From assembly GCA_045585895.1 (NCBI GenBank), contig JAZMZI010000011.1:8468-72467 (forward strand): a stretch of 64,000 nt of DNA. The letters are read 5' to 3'. A model generated the notes under the pieces. That model did not search any database and was not told the origin of the DNA. It saw only the letters and a program-made list of their open reading frames with translations. Shown here piece after piece: positions 9,776-18,739 of the stretch (within the stretch, counting starts at the first letter, position 1; the number at the start of each line of letters is the position of its first letter). Source of the stretch: Eubacteriales bacterium (GTDB lineage: Bacteria; Bacillota; Clostridia; Oscillospirales; CAG-272). The position numbers and the translations under genes are program-made.

Positions 9776-11158
9776 ATGATCGTAAAATTTCCCGAATTTT
9801 TAAAATCCCCCCACGCGCTTGCGAAAACGAACAAAGACGAGCCCGTGCTTGTGGCTCTCTCGGGCGGAGCAGACTCGGTCTCGCTTCTGCACCTGCTCTG
9901 CGAATTGCGAAAGGCATCTCATTTTCCGCTATATGCGGCTCACGTGAATCACGGAATAAGAACCGATGCCTACGGCAACGAAGCGGCGAGAGACGAAGAA
10001 TTCTGCAAAAAGCTTTGCGAAAGTCTTGAAGTTGAGCTTTTTACGGAGCACATTGACGTCCCCGCCCTGTCAAAAGACTCGGGCAAAAGCCTTGAAACCG
10101 CCGCCCGAGAAGCAAGGTACGCGTTTTTCGCAAAAATAATGCGCGAGAGATCGATAAAGATATTGGCAACGGCGCACAACGCCGATGACAATTTTGAGAC
10201 CCAACTCTTCAACCTCTGCCGAGGCTGCGGCATTGACGGTCTGTGCGGGATCCCGGAAACCCGTCCCTTCACCGAAGCGGAAGCAACCATCGTAAGACCC
10301 ATTCTTTCCGCTTCAAAGCGCGATATACTCGACTTTTGTTACTCTTACGGCTTCGATTACGTTACCGATAGCACCAACCTTACCGACGACTGCACGAGAA
10401 ACAAATTAAGGCTGAATATAATTCCGCAACTTAAAGAAATATTCGGCTCTCCCGAACGATCAGGCTCAAGACTTGCCGAATACGCAAAAGAGGATTCGGA
10501 CTTTATAAGAAGCGAGGCTGAAAAGCTGCTTTTTACCATGGGCGACAAAATCGATTGCGCAATTTTGCGCAGAACACATCCATCCATCGCAAAAAGAGTT
10601 ATCAGAACGGCTTTTGAAAAACATTCGGACGAGGGACTTGAAAGCGTCCACACCGAAAGCATGCTAAACTTTGTCTGTGAAGGCAAAAACGGAAGTCTTT
10701 CTCTTCCCGATAACACTGTTGCCGTTTTCGAGGACGGATATCTGAGCTTTCGCGCAGAAAGTGACGAAAAAACCGAAGATATGCCTTATCTTGTTTCTCT
10801 TTTCCACGGGATAAACTTTGCAGGCAATAATTTTGCGATATCACTGACAGAATCAGACCGCAAAACGCTCGAAACTTGCCCCGAGGGATATCGGATCTAC
10901 GCTTCGGCAAGGATCAAAGCAAAAGGAGAGCTTTCAGCAAGGAACCGCCGCGAGGGAGACACCGTCTTATCCAACGGCATGCACAAGAAGCTAAAAAAGC
11001 TTATGTGCGACAAAAAGGTGCCGACGCGCGACCGCAACGGCATTCCGCTTATCATTTCGAACGACGAAATAATCTACGCTCCACTTTGCGCGGTATCAGA
11101 TAATGCGTTGAGCGGAGAAAACAAAACCGAATACAAAATCACTGTATATAAAAAATAA
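9776..11158 (+). CDS. tilS: tRNA(Ile)-lysidine synthase
   Basis: PP-loop LVALSGGADSVSLL. 460 aa. tilS-hpt-ftsH synteny. Confidence 0.9.
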   Translation: MIVKFPEFLKSPHALAKTNKDEPVLVALSGGADSVSLLHLLCELRKASHFPLYAAHVNHGIRTDAYGNEAARDEEFCKKLCESLEVELFTEHIDVPALSKDSGKSLETAAREARYAFFAKIMRERSIKILATAHNADDNFETQLFNLCRGCGIDGLCGIPETRPFTEAEATIVRPILSASKRDILDFCYSYGFDYVTDSTNLTDDCTRNKLRLNIIPQLKEIFGSPERSGSRLAEYAKEDSDFIRSEAEKLLFTMGDKIDCAILRRTHPSIAKRVIRTAFEKHSDEGLESVHTESMLNFVCEGKNGSLSLPDNTVAVFEDGYLSFRAESDEKTEDMPYLVSLFHGINFAGNNFAISLTESDRKTLETCPEGYRIYASARIKAKGELSARNRREGDTVLSNGMHKKLKKLMCDKKVPTRDRNGIPLIISNDEIIYAPLCAVSDNALSGENKTEYKITVYKK

Positions 11159-11190
11159 TTGTGCCGCACTGCGGCGGAACGGAGACAATA

Positions 11191-11739
11191 ATGCTTCAGG
11201 ATATTGAAAGAATACTTGTTAATCGAGTTGAGCTTGACGAAATAACCACAAGTCTTGCAAAGCAGATAACCAAAGACTACAAAGGCTCTAAAAAGCCCCT
11301 CATCGTAATAACCATCCTTAAGGGTTCTATGCTTTTTGCATCTGATCTTATGAAAAAGATCGAGCTTCCCTTGGAGCTTGAATTTATGAAGGTGTCCTCC
11401 TACGGCGCGGGCACCAAGAACTCGGGCGAGATCAAAATACATCTCGACCTTATGAGAGAAAATCTCGAGCAGTACGATCTGCTTATAATCGAGGATATAG
11501 TTGACAGCGGACGCACGCTTTCGCGACTTACTCAGCTCCTCAAAAACAGAAACGCAAACAGCGTCAAGACCTGTACCCTTCTCGACAAGCCCTCCCGCCG
11601 AGAGGTCGAATTCGTACCCGATTACTGCGGACGCCAAATAGAAGATGAATTCGTGGTTGGCTACGGACTTGACTACGACGAAAAATACAGAAATCTCCCA
11701 TACGTGGGAATACTTAAAAGAAGCGTTTACGAAAAATAA
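11191..11739 (+). CDS. hpt: Hypoxanthine phosphoribosyltransferase
   Basis: MLQDIERILV.... PRPP-binding motif LLIIEDIVDSGRTL. The ATG at 11191 follows a GGAG RBS. The GTG at 11161 in the track is probably an over-extension. Confidence 0.92.
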   Translation: MLQDIERILVNRVELDEITTSLAKQITKDYKGSKKPLIVITILKGSMLFASDLMKKIELPLELEFMKVSSYGAGTKNSGEIKIHLDLMRENLEQYDLLIIEDIVDSGRTLSRLTQLLKNRNANSVKTCTLLDKPSRREVEFVPDYCGRQIEDEFVVGYGLDYDEKYRNLPYVGILKRSVYEK

Positions 11740-11893
11740 TTTTCGCAAACCCTCACATTACCGTAACATAGAGTTAACATACGGGTGATATACTTTACTG
11801 AATGAAAATTTTATTCTCAAATCACATTGAACTATGCGATTTGAGGCATATAATATAAAAGACTATCCCAAAGCAACATAAACGGAGGACTAA

Positions 11894-14047
11894 ATGAAGA
11901 AAAACGTAAAACAGATACTTTTTTACGTCGCACTTATCGCGGTGGTCATCATCGTGTGCGTTCTGCTTTTCCAGAAAAGTGACGGCGCAGAAATGAAATA
12001 TTCCGACGTGGTCGAGGCGTTCAAGACCGAGCAGGTCGAAAGCTTCGAAATGGGTAACAACAACGTTCTGAAGCTTATTTTCAAGGACGGCGCTCCCATG
12101 GCAGAGGAATTCGGTGCAAAAAATAAAGACGGTAAATATACCGCAAGCTACAAGGTCTCAAGCATAGGCATCTTCCACGCAGACCTTGGCGACGATATAG
12201 AGAAACAGATCGAGGAAGGAAAGCTCGTGGGCGAATACGTGCCCCCCGCAGAATACTCGGCTTGGCTCTCGTATATTCCGATCATTCTCGTCGTGGTGGC
12301 ACTTATCGTAATGTATATCATTATGACACGCTCCATCAGCAACGGCGGCCCCGGCAAGATGAACAATTTCGCAAAATCCCGCGCAAAGATGGCTACCCCC
12401 TCCGACAAAGATAAGGTCACCTTCAAGGACGTAGCGGGCGCAGACGAGGAAAAGGAAGAGCTTGAAGAAGTAGTCGAATTCCTTAAAGACCCCTCCAAGT
12501 TCGCAAAGCTTGGTGCAAAGATTCCCCATGGCGTTCTGCTCATGGGCCCTCCCGGTACGGGTAAGACCCTGCTTGCAAAGGCAGTGGCGGGAGAAGCGGG
12601 TGTTCCCTTCTTCTCTATCTCGGGTTCCGATTTCGTTGAAATGTACGTCGGCGTCGGCGCGTCGAGAGTGCGTGACCTCTTCGACACCGCGAGAAAAGCT
12701 CCCGCATCTATCGTATTCATCGACGAGATCGACGCAGTGGGGCGTCACAGAGGCGCAGGTCTCGGAGGCGGTCACGACGAGAGAGAGCAGACTCTGAACC
12801 AGCTTCTCGTTGAAATGGACGGTTTCGGCTCTCACGACGGAATAATCGTTATCGCGGCAACTAACCGCCCCGACATCCTTGACCCCGCGCTTCTCCGTCC
12901 CGGTCGTTTCGATAGACAGATAACCGTAAACTATCCCGACATCAACGGAAGAATCGAAATACTCAAGGTTCACTCCAGAAACAAACCCCTTGAAGGCTCG
13001 GTAGACCTTAAGGAGGTCGCAAGAATGACCGTAGGCTTTACGGGCGCAGACCTTGCAAACCTTCTTAACGAGGCGGCGCTTCTCGCCACCAGAAGAAACA
13101 AGAGCCTTATCGGTATGGACGATATCGCAGACGCGTTCATCAGAGTTATCGCAGGTCCCAAGAAGAAGTCCAGAGTTATGAAGGACGAAGAAAAGCGCAA
13201 CACCGCTTATCACGAGGCTGGTCACGCTATGATAGCTTACCATCTTGGTCTCGACCCCGTTCAGCAGATATCCATTATCCCTTCGGGACGCGCGCTCGGT
13301 TATACCCTTAATCCTCCTACCGAAGATAAGTACAGCGTATATAAGAGCGAGCTTAAGAAGCAGATATCCATGCTTCTCGGCGGCAGAGCCGCGGAGGAGA
13401 TCGTTAACGGCGATGTCAGCGGCGGCGCGTCCAACGATATAGAGAGAGCGACCAAGACCGCAAAGAATATGGTAACGAGACTCGGTATGTCCGATATTCT
13501 CGGTCCCCGTTGCTTCGGCAACGATCAGGGCGAGGTATTCCTCGGCAGAGACTTCTCCTCCTCTCAGGATTATTCCGAGGAGGTTGCGGCTAAGATCGAC
13601 AGTGAGATCCACGCAATCATCAGTGAGGCATATAACAAGGCAAAAGATATCCTTACGGGCGACATCGCCAAGCTCCACTTTATCGCAGAGTACCTCGTTA
13701 AGCACGAGATCATGGACGGCGATCAGTTCAAGGCTGTAATGGAAAGCGCAGAGCCTTCTATGGAAGAGATCGAGGCTATTGCCGAGGCAAAGAAGCAGAA
13801 GAGCCTCGAGGATAATAAGAACCGCGAGATCGAAATTGCCGAAAAGGAAAAAGCCGAAGCAGAAGCTAAGGCGAAAGCCGAAGCCGAAGCTAACGCAAAC
13901 GGCGAGAGTGCCGAGGCAGAAGCAGAGGCAGAAGCAGAGGTAGAAGCAGAAGCAGAGACCGAAGAGCTTAAAACCGAAGCAGTAGACGGCGAGACCGAAG
14001 AAACTGCCGAAACGAATGACGAAAGCTCCGACGGCGAAAACGAATAA
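11894..14047 (+). CDS. ftsH: ATP-dependent zinc metalloprotease FtsH with a long acidic Glu/Ala-repeat C-terminal tail
   Basis: Walker A GPPGTGKT, Walker B IVFIDEID, zinc site HEAGHA, N-terminal TM helices. The C-terminus is (A/E)-rich: [38 protein letters not shown].... Confidence 0.97.
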   Translation: MKKNVKQILFYVALIAVVIIVCVLLFQKSDGAEMKYSDVVEAFKTEQVESFEMGNNNVLKLIFKDGAPMAEEFGAKNKDGKYTASYKVSSIGIFHADLGDDIEKQIEEGKLVGEYVPPAEYSAWLSYIPIILVVVALIVMYIIMTRSISNGGPGKMNNFAKSRAKMATPSDKDKVTFKDVAGADEEKEELEEVVEFLKDPSKFAKLGAKIPHGVLLMGPPGTGKTLLAKAVAGEAGVPFFSISGSDFVEMYVGVGASRVRDLFDTARKAPASIVFIDEIDAVGRHRGAGLGGGHDEREQTLNQLLVEMDGFGSHDGIIVIAATNRPDILDPALLRPGRFDRQITVNYPDINGRIEILKVHSRNKPLEGSVDLKEVARMTVGFTGADLANLLNEAALLATRRNKSLIGMDDIADAFIRVIAGPKKKSRVMKDEEKRNTAYHEAGHAMIAYHLGLDPVQQISIIPSGRALGYTLNPPTEDKYSVYKSELKKQISMLLGGRAAEEIVNGDVSGGASNDIERATKTAKNMVTRLGMSDILGPRCFGNDQGEVFLGRDFSSSQDYSEEVAAKIDSEIHAIISEAYNKAKDILTGDIAKLHFIAEYLVKHEIMDGDQFKAVMESAEPSMEEIEAIAEAKKQKSLEDNKNREIEIAEKEKAEAEAKAKAEAEANANGESAEAEAEAEAEVEAEAETEELKTEAVDGETEETAETNDESSDGENE

Positions 14048-14057
14048 TATCTAACAC

Positions 14058-14095
14058 AAAAAGCCTATCGCACTCGGTAGGCTTTTTTGTTTTAT
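14058..14095 (+). terminator. Intrinsic terminator of ftsH
   Basis: 10-bp stem 14061-14070/14075-14084 (AAGCCTATCG / CGGTAGGCTT), loop CACT, then a T-run. Confidence 0.75.
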
Positions 14096-14111
14096 AATTA
14101 TAATTTTTTTT

Positions 14112-14296
14112 TGGGGGTAGCGGTGCGCTTGAGACGAACATTGTCGTAGGGCGGGGGCTTGCTCCCGACGTTATATTGGTTTTAAATCCTTCGTTCACGG
14201 GAAGCAGCGCGAGGGTCTTGAATGATACCACGGTGTGGTGTCAGACCTGCGCATAACTATCCCCGACGTCGGTCAAGTTGATCGGCGTCGGGGTTT
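14112..14296 (+). ncRNA. Candidate structured non-coding RNA of unknown class
   Basis: A GC-rich segment between the ftsH terminator and a 15-bp hairpin plus TTTTGTT (14261-14300). Two overlapping TATAAT boxes at 14093-14104 lie just upstream. The 5' GGGGGTAG..GTGCGC (14113-14128) is complementary to GCGCAT..CTATCCCC (14249-14264). No start codon or RBS gives a credible ORF. Confidence 0.35.
14261..14293. repeat. 33-nt hairpin repeat, family A, copy 1
   Basis: CCCCGACGTCGGTCAAGTTGATCGGCGTCGGGG. It matches 35470-35502 at 32/33 positions and forms a ~15-bp stem including G-U pairs. Confidence 0.85.
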
Positions 14297-14322
14297 TGTT
14301 ACGCAAAAATTACTATTTAATT

Positions 14323-15090
14323 TTACTTTCCGAGATACTCTTCAAGTGTAATTCCCTTTTCGTGCATCTCGGTTGCGGCGGCGACACCGACGAAGCGGTA
14401 GTGCCACGACTCGTAGGCATAGCCCGTAACGTCGGTCTTATCCTCGGGATAGCGGAGGATGAAGCCGAATTTATGGGCGTTTTCGCAGAGCCACTCGTAA
14501 GCCTCGGTCTCGGCAAAGCCCTTGTCGGTATCCGAATAATCGGTCTCGCTTCCATAATTTACAAGATCAAGCATTTCGTTGGTGATAAGGTCAACGCAAA
14601 GTCCCGTGTGGTGCTCGCTCTTGCCCGGCTCTGCGGAATAAGAAAGCACGTATTCCTTGACCTTATTGTCGCTCCAAGTGGGGTGCTTGAGCTTTTCTTC
14701 TACCAGATATCCCTCGAAAAGGGTTTTCTGCCTCTGGTAGCTGCGGTATCCGCTTGTGATAGAAACGTTCTTGATCCCGCAGGCTCTCATTTCCTTTATA
14801 AGCGCCTCGGCCGCCGCTGCCGCGTCCTTTTGAAGTGAAATATCCTTGCCGTTCGTGGTATATTCTCCGTCAACGTCGATCAGATCGTCGGGCTTATAGT
14901 CGGAATCTACGGGATTTTCCTTGTTGACAAGCTCCAAAAACTTTTTGTCCTTGGTGTTAAGCACCTTCTCAACCTCCTTTATGTCGGTCTTATAATCAAA
15001 ATCTTTGGTAGACGCTCCCGCGCAGGACGAAAGGAGCAGAACTCCCAAAACAGCCAGCGCGCCTATTTTTACAAATCCGTTTATTTTCAT
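14323..15090 (-). CDS. D-alanyl-D-alanine carboxypeptidase, VanY/peptidase M15B family, lipoprotein
   Basis: Signal peptide with lipobox LLLSSC. Motifs SGYRSYQRQ, SEHHTGLCVD and ESWHYRFVG. Confidence 0.85.
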   Translation of the reverse strand: MKINGFVKIGALAVLGVLLLSSCAGASTKDFDYKTDIKEVEKVLNTKDKKFLELVNKENPVDSDYKPDDLIDVDGEYTTNGKDISLQKDAAAAAEALIKEMRACGIKNVSITSGYRSYQRQKTLFEGYLVEEKLKHPTWSDNKVKEYVLSYSAEPGKSEHHTGLCVDLITNEMLDLVNYGSETDYSDTDKGFAETEAYEWLCENAHKFGFILRYPEDKTDVTGYAYESWHYRFVGVAAATEMHEKGITLEEYLGK

Positions 15091-15659
15091 TTTTCCTCCC
15101 TGCGATCGGCCTTGGTCTCGACCATAAAGAAATAGGGCGAGGTGGCGCTGTTGATTATCTTTACCTTGGTCACGCAGACCTTGAAGCGGCTCAGTCCTTC
15201 GAAATATTCTTCAAGCATCTTTCCTTCCAGATCTCCCTCGGGGTGACCCGGATAGACCGCGATATTAAGTATGGCGTCCTTATCGAGAAGCTCGATCGCC
15301 GCCTCCACCGCGGGCATAGTGGTCTCGCGCATAGTGGTTATGGTCTTATCTCCGCCGGGGAGCCAGCCAAGATTGAACATTCCCGCCTTTATAGGCTCCT
15401 TGACGTAGTTTTTTACGTTGTGGTGGGAGTCGCAGATAAGGGTGTAGTTATCGGGACAGCCCGCCGCTTTGAGATTTTTTGCGGTAGAGTCCACCGCCGA
15501 CTGCTGGATATCAAAGGCATAAACGTGTCCCTTTTCGCCAACGGTCTTGGACAAAAACTCGGTATCGTGACCGTTGCCCATGGTAAAGTCCACGCAAACG
15601 TCACCCTCTTTAAGGTGAGTCAGAATGAACTGCTTATGTAAATCGAGAAGATCTATCAT
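15087..15659 (-). CDS. Class I SAM-dependent methyltransferase, YtqB/MnmM-like
   Basis: 190 aa, DFTMGNGHDTEFL...VYAFDIQ. Size and motif pattern match the small 'putative rRNA methylase' family to which B. subtilis YtqB (MnmM) belongs. Overlaps the downstream gene by 4 nt. Confidence 0.7.
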   Translation of the reverse strand: MIDLLDLHKQFILTHLKEGDVCVDFTMGNGHDTEFLSKTVGEKGHVYAFDIQQSAVDSTAKNLKAAGCPDNYTLICDSHHNVKNYVKEPIKAGMFNLGWLPGGDKTITTMRETTMPAVEAAIELLDKDAILNIAVYPGHPEGDLEGKMLEEYFEGLSRFKVCVTKVKIINSATSPYFFMVETKADRREEK

Positions 15660-15692
15660 TTTTATTATATGCGCCTTACTTGGCTGCCTTTC

Positions 15693-16400
15693 TTATTTTT
15701 GGGTTTTGTGAAGATCGGAGCGAAGGAATTTTACAGAGCGCTCCACCGAATCCTTGGAATTATACCAAGGCTCGTCTCCGTATCTGTAATCGAATTTCTT
15801 GCAGAACCAGCTCACGTCCTCTTTAAGCTCCTCAAGATATCTTTCCTCTATCCCCTCGACCTGCTTCATAAACTCGGGGATCTTCTTTTTTGGGAGCTTG
15901 CTCTGTCCGTACTGCAAGAACTTTCTGTAGTGAGGCAGACAGAAATAGGGCTGCGCGTCAAGCTTTTTTGAAAAATCGGGATCGGTATTCCAAAGCAGGA
16001 CCGCGGTCTCCACCATATGCTCGAAATTGAAGGCTATACGGTCGCAGACGTAGCAGGAGTTTTCAAGCGCGCCTATGCGCTTTATGGGTTTATCCCCCTT
16101 ACCTCCGCCAAGTCCTCCGTCACGAAGCTCCTTTTTTAGCTGTTCCAAATGGCTTTCAAGGGTCAGCGCCATCTGGAGCTTTTTCGATCTTCCCAGCATC
16201 ATGTCGTAATGAGTGCGGCAGAATCCCGTCTCGTTGGTTCGTATTCTTATATCTGGCTCCATCATCGACGCGCCGAGAATGAGATCGAGCTCGTCGTTTT
16301 CAAGCTTATTGTAAAGGGCGCAGAAGGGACAGCCGCAGCTTTTGTCGGCGGCGGAGGCTTCAAACGCCTCGTTTACGGGTATGGTATAGATCTGTTCCAT
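15693..16400 (-). CDS. Conserved hypothetical Cys/His-rich protein (possibly DUF6062-like; function unknown)
   Basis: 235 aa. RBS AAAGGA. Two CxxC...CxxH motif pairs (CPFC..CRTH and CYVC..CLPH). Confidence 0.65.
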   Translation of the reverse strand: MEQIYTIPVNEAFEASAADKSCGCPFCALYNKLENDELDLILGASMMEPDIRIRTNETGFCRTHYDMMLGRSKKLQMALTLESHLEQLKKELRDGGLGGGKGDKPIKRIGALENSCYVCDRIAFNFEHMVETAVLLWNTDPDFSKKLDAQPYFCLPHYRKFLQYGQSKLPKKKIPEFMKQVEGIEERYLEELKEDVSWFCKKFDYRYGDEPWYNSKDSVERSVKFLRSDLHKTQK

Positions 16401-16539
16401 ATTTATCCTTTCACAAAGCAGAAATTGTTACAAAATTCTATTGAAATCGTGCAAATTTACTGTTATAATTATAATATATTATTTTATCATAATTCACGCA
16501 TTTTTTCAAGTGCAATTTTCAGAAATACGGAGAATTTTT

Positions 16540-17472
16540 ATGCTGCTTGCTGAAAAAGTTCAAGAATTAAATATCGGTGAGCTTTCCTTTGTGAAAATAG
16601 AGGGTGTGGAGCGCTTTGACGTGCGAAAGGTCTTTGACTGCGGTCAGTGCTTTCGCTTCGACCCCGTTTCAGACTCCGTCCACCAAGCAGAGTTTGCGGG
16701 ATGCGCCCACGGGCACTATATTTCGGTAGCGCAGGACGGCGACACGCTTTACATATACAACGCGACCATTGAAGAATACGAAACGCTCTGGAAAGAATTT
16801 TTAGGCCTTGACCGCGATTACGGTGAAATAAACCGTGATATTCTCTCGCTTTCGGGCAACCCCGCTCTCCGAGAGGCGGTTGAAAGATCAAACGGCATAA
16901 GAATTTTAAAGCAAGACGAGTGGGAGGCAATCTGCTCCTTTATAATCTCTCAAAACAACAATATTCCGAGGATAAAAAAGCTGGTGGCGGCGGTCTCGGC
17001 GGCTTGCGGCGAGGAGATCGACGTATCCCTCATGAACGGTCATATTGCCGACGCGCACAGCGATCAAAAAGGACACTTTTACTCCTTCCCAACTCCCGAA
17101 AACATCCTTGCGCTTGGCATTTCCGGACTTTCGGAGCTTAAAACGGGTTTCCGCGCAAAATACATATACGACGCGGCTGAAAAAATGTCGGGAGGCGAGA
17201 TCGACTTTGAGTTTTTGAAGGGCGCGCCTACCGACGAATGCGTAAAGCATCTTTGCTCTGTCAAAGGAATCGGGCCCAAGGTCGCTTCCTGCGCCCTGCT
17301 TTTCGGATTTGCCAAGCTCGACGCATTTCCCATTGACGTTTGGATAAAAAAAGTAATGGCAAAATATTTCGATAAGGATTTTGACCCCACCGACCTCGGT
17401 CGTTTTGCGGGAATCGCCCAGCAGTATCTTTTCTACTACGAAAGGTATTTGCAGAGCAAAAACGGAGATTGA
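16540..17472 (+). CDS. ogg: 8-oxoguanine DNA glycosylase / AP lyase (Ogg, HhH-GPD superfamily)
   Basis: MLLAEKVQELNIGE...FDCGQCFRF. HhH-GPD segment LCSVKGIGPKVASCALLFGF...DAFPIDVW. The ATG at 16540 follows ACGGAGAA. The track start at 16441 adds an implausible Ile/Phe-rich leader. Confidence 0.85.
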   Translation: MLLAEKVQELNIGELSFVKIEGVERFDVRKVFDCGQCFRFDPVSDSVHQAEFAGCAHGHYISVAQDGDTLYIYNATIEEYETLWKEFLGLDRDYGEINRDILSLSGNPALREAVERSNGIRILKQDEWEAICSFIISQNNNIPRIKKLVAAVSAACGEEIDVSLMNGHIADAHSDQKGHFYSFPTPENILALGISGLSELKTGFRAKYIYDAAEKMSGGEIDFEFLKGAPTDECVKHLCSVKGIGPKVASCALLFGFAKLDAFPIDVWIKKVMAKYFDKDFDPTDLGRFAGIAQQYLFYYERYLQSKNGD

Positions 17473-17475
17473 CAT

Positions 17476-17973
17476 ATGAACATTGAAGAAAAGATCGAAT
17501 ATTTAAGAAAAAAGCACCCCGCTTTCGGGCGCAAGGTGCTCTACGACGCAGACCGTCACGGTAACGAATTCTGCGAGATGGTATATCCCAACGAAAATAA
17601 TCCCTCCATACCCATCACCGTAAGCGTGAGTGACGACGGATGCCTCGTTTCCGTGGGACAGATAAGCAACGTTACGGGCAGTCGCCCTATAACCGTGGAG
17701 CAAGCTGCATCTGCCATCGACGACGTAGTGAACGACAGAATAGTTTTCGTTCTCGGCTTCAAGGGTGACGACGACGTAGGCTCGGGAGCGCCCTTTCTCA
17801 CCGATATATACCCCGTCACGGGCGACGTGGACGACAGAAGCGCCGAGCTTGAAGCCTTCATTTCAAAAATAAGCACTCCCGTTACGGGCTTCAAAAGAAA
17901 GATGACCCGTCTCAAAGGACGATTTCTGATCTTTAATTTTTCGGGAAACACGCAAAAAGAGATATTCAGATAA
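17476..17973 (+). CDS. Hypothetical protein (165 aa)
   Basis: RBS GGAG. Tightly follows ogg (3-nt gap) and ends at a strong terminator. No motif recognised. Confidence 0.65.
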   Translation: MNIEEKIEYLRKKHPAFGRKVLYDADRHGNEFCEMVYPNENNPSIPITVSVSDDGCLVSVGQISNVTGSRPITVEQAASAIDDVVNDRIVFVLGFKGDDDVGSGAPFLTDIYPVTGDVDDRSAELEAFISKISTPVTGFKRKMTRLKGRFLIFNFSGNTQKEIFR

Positions 17974-17975
17974 AA

Positions 17976-18016
17976 GACGGCAGACTCAACCAAAAATTTG
18001 AGTCTGCCGTTTTTGT
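17976..18016. terminator. Bidirectional intrinsic terminator between convergent genes
   Basis: Stem GACGGCAGACTCAA (17976-17989) / TTGAGTCTGCCGT (17998-18010), with an A-run before and a T-run after. Confidence 0.75.
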
Positions 18017-18019
18017 CGG

Positions 18020-18661
18020 TTATACGTTTTTGGGGAGAAACGTGCTTAAGTCGCCAAGATGGTCGATGTGACCGGTATAAACTGCGGTAAATCTACCGTT
18101 TTCGTATTCAAAAAGGCTGATGGAGGCATTGGGCATCCAACCAAGTCTCGACATATCCTCTGCCCTTCCGCCTTCCGCGGCGGTACAGACCGAACGGATC
18201 GGCGTCGCGTGGGTGGCAATACAGATAGTTTTGCCATCGTTTTCCGCGGCTATCTCTCCGAGAGTGGCGATTACTCTTTCAAAAAGCTCCGCAACGCTCT
18301 CGCCGCCCGTGGGACGCGCTCTGCCGACGTCGGTCTTCCACAGCACGCCGAAGTCATGGGGATATTCCTCGTTAAGCTCCTCAAAGGTCCTTCCCTCCCA
18401 CTCGCCCGCAAATATCTCTCGAAGACCTTCGTGAGGAATTATGGGGAGACCGTGAGCCCTTGCCACGGGAACTGCGGTGTCGTAGGCGCGCTTGAGATCA
18501 CTGGCGTATATCGCGTCTATTTTTTCATTTTTCAAAGCCTCGGCGCACTTCTCCGCCTGTATCTTACCGAGATCCGACAGAGCAAAATCGGAATGTCCCG
18601 CAAAGCGGTGCTCTTTGTTTGCCTCGCTGAAGCCGTGGCGTATCATAATAAATCTTGTCAT
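18020..18661 (-). CDS. Histidine phosphatase family protein (phosphoglycerate mutase/CobC-like)
   Basis: RHG motif in MTRFIMIRHGFSEAN; second catalytic His in CIATHATPIR. Start taken at 18661 (alternative 18688). Confidence 0.85.
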   Translation of the reverse strand: MTRFIMIRHGFSEANKEHRFAGHSDFALSDLGKIQAEKCAEALKNEKIDAIYASDLKRAYDTAVPVARAHGLPIIPHEGLREIFAGEWEGRTFEELNEEYPHDFGVLWKTDVGRARPTGGESVAELFERVIATLGEIAAENDGKTICIATHATPIRSVCTAAEGGRAEDMSRLGWMPNASISLFEYENGRFTAVYTGHIDHLGDLSTFLPKNV

Positions 18662-18739
18662 TTGTAAATCTTTCCTTTTTTCACCCAACCTTTAAGCGAC
18701 TTATACCGTCTGATAATTAAAGGCTGTAAAAATTCTCTC

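Noticed and set aside
12158-13705. 515-aa minus-strand ORF (plus 12148-12720 and others) inside ftsH
   Set aside because: Antisense to the FtsH AAA+ and protease domains (Walker A/B and HEAGH are read on the plus strand). No independent motif or RBS.
14112-14296. Possibility that the orphan structured segment is SRP (4.5S/scRNA) RNA
   Set aside because: It contains GGAAGCAGC (14200-14208) and GGTAGCGGTGC, which resembles a Bacillus Alu-domain string. However, the obligatory 5' partner of domain IV (..AGGUCCGGAA.. with a GNAR tetraloop directly before GGAAGCAGC) is absent, and I could not build helix 8. It is kept only as an unclassified RNA candidate.
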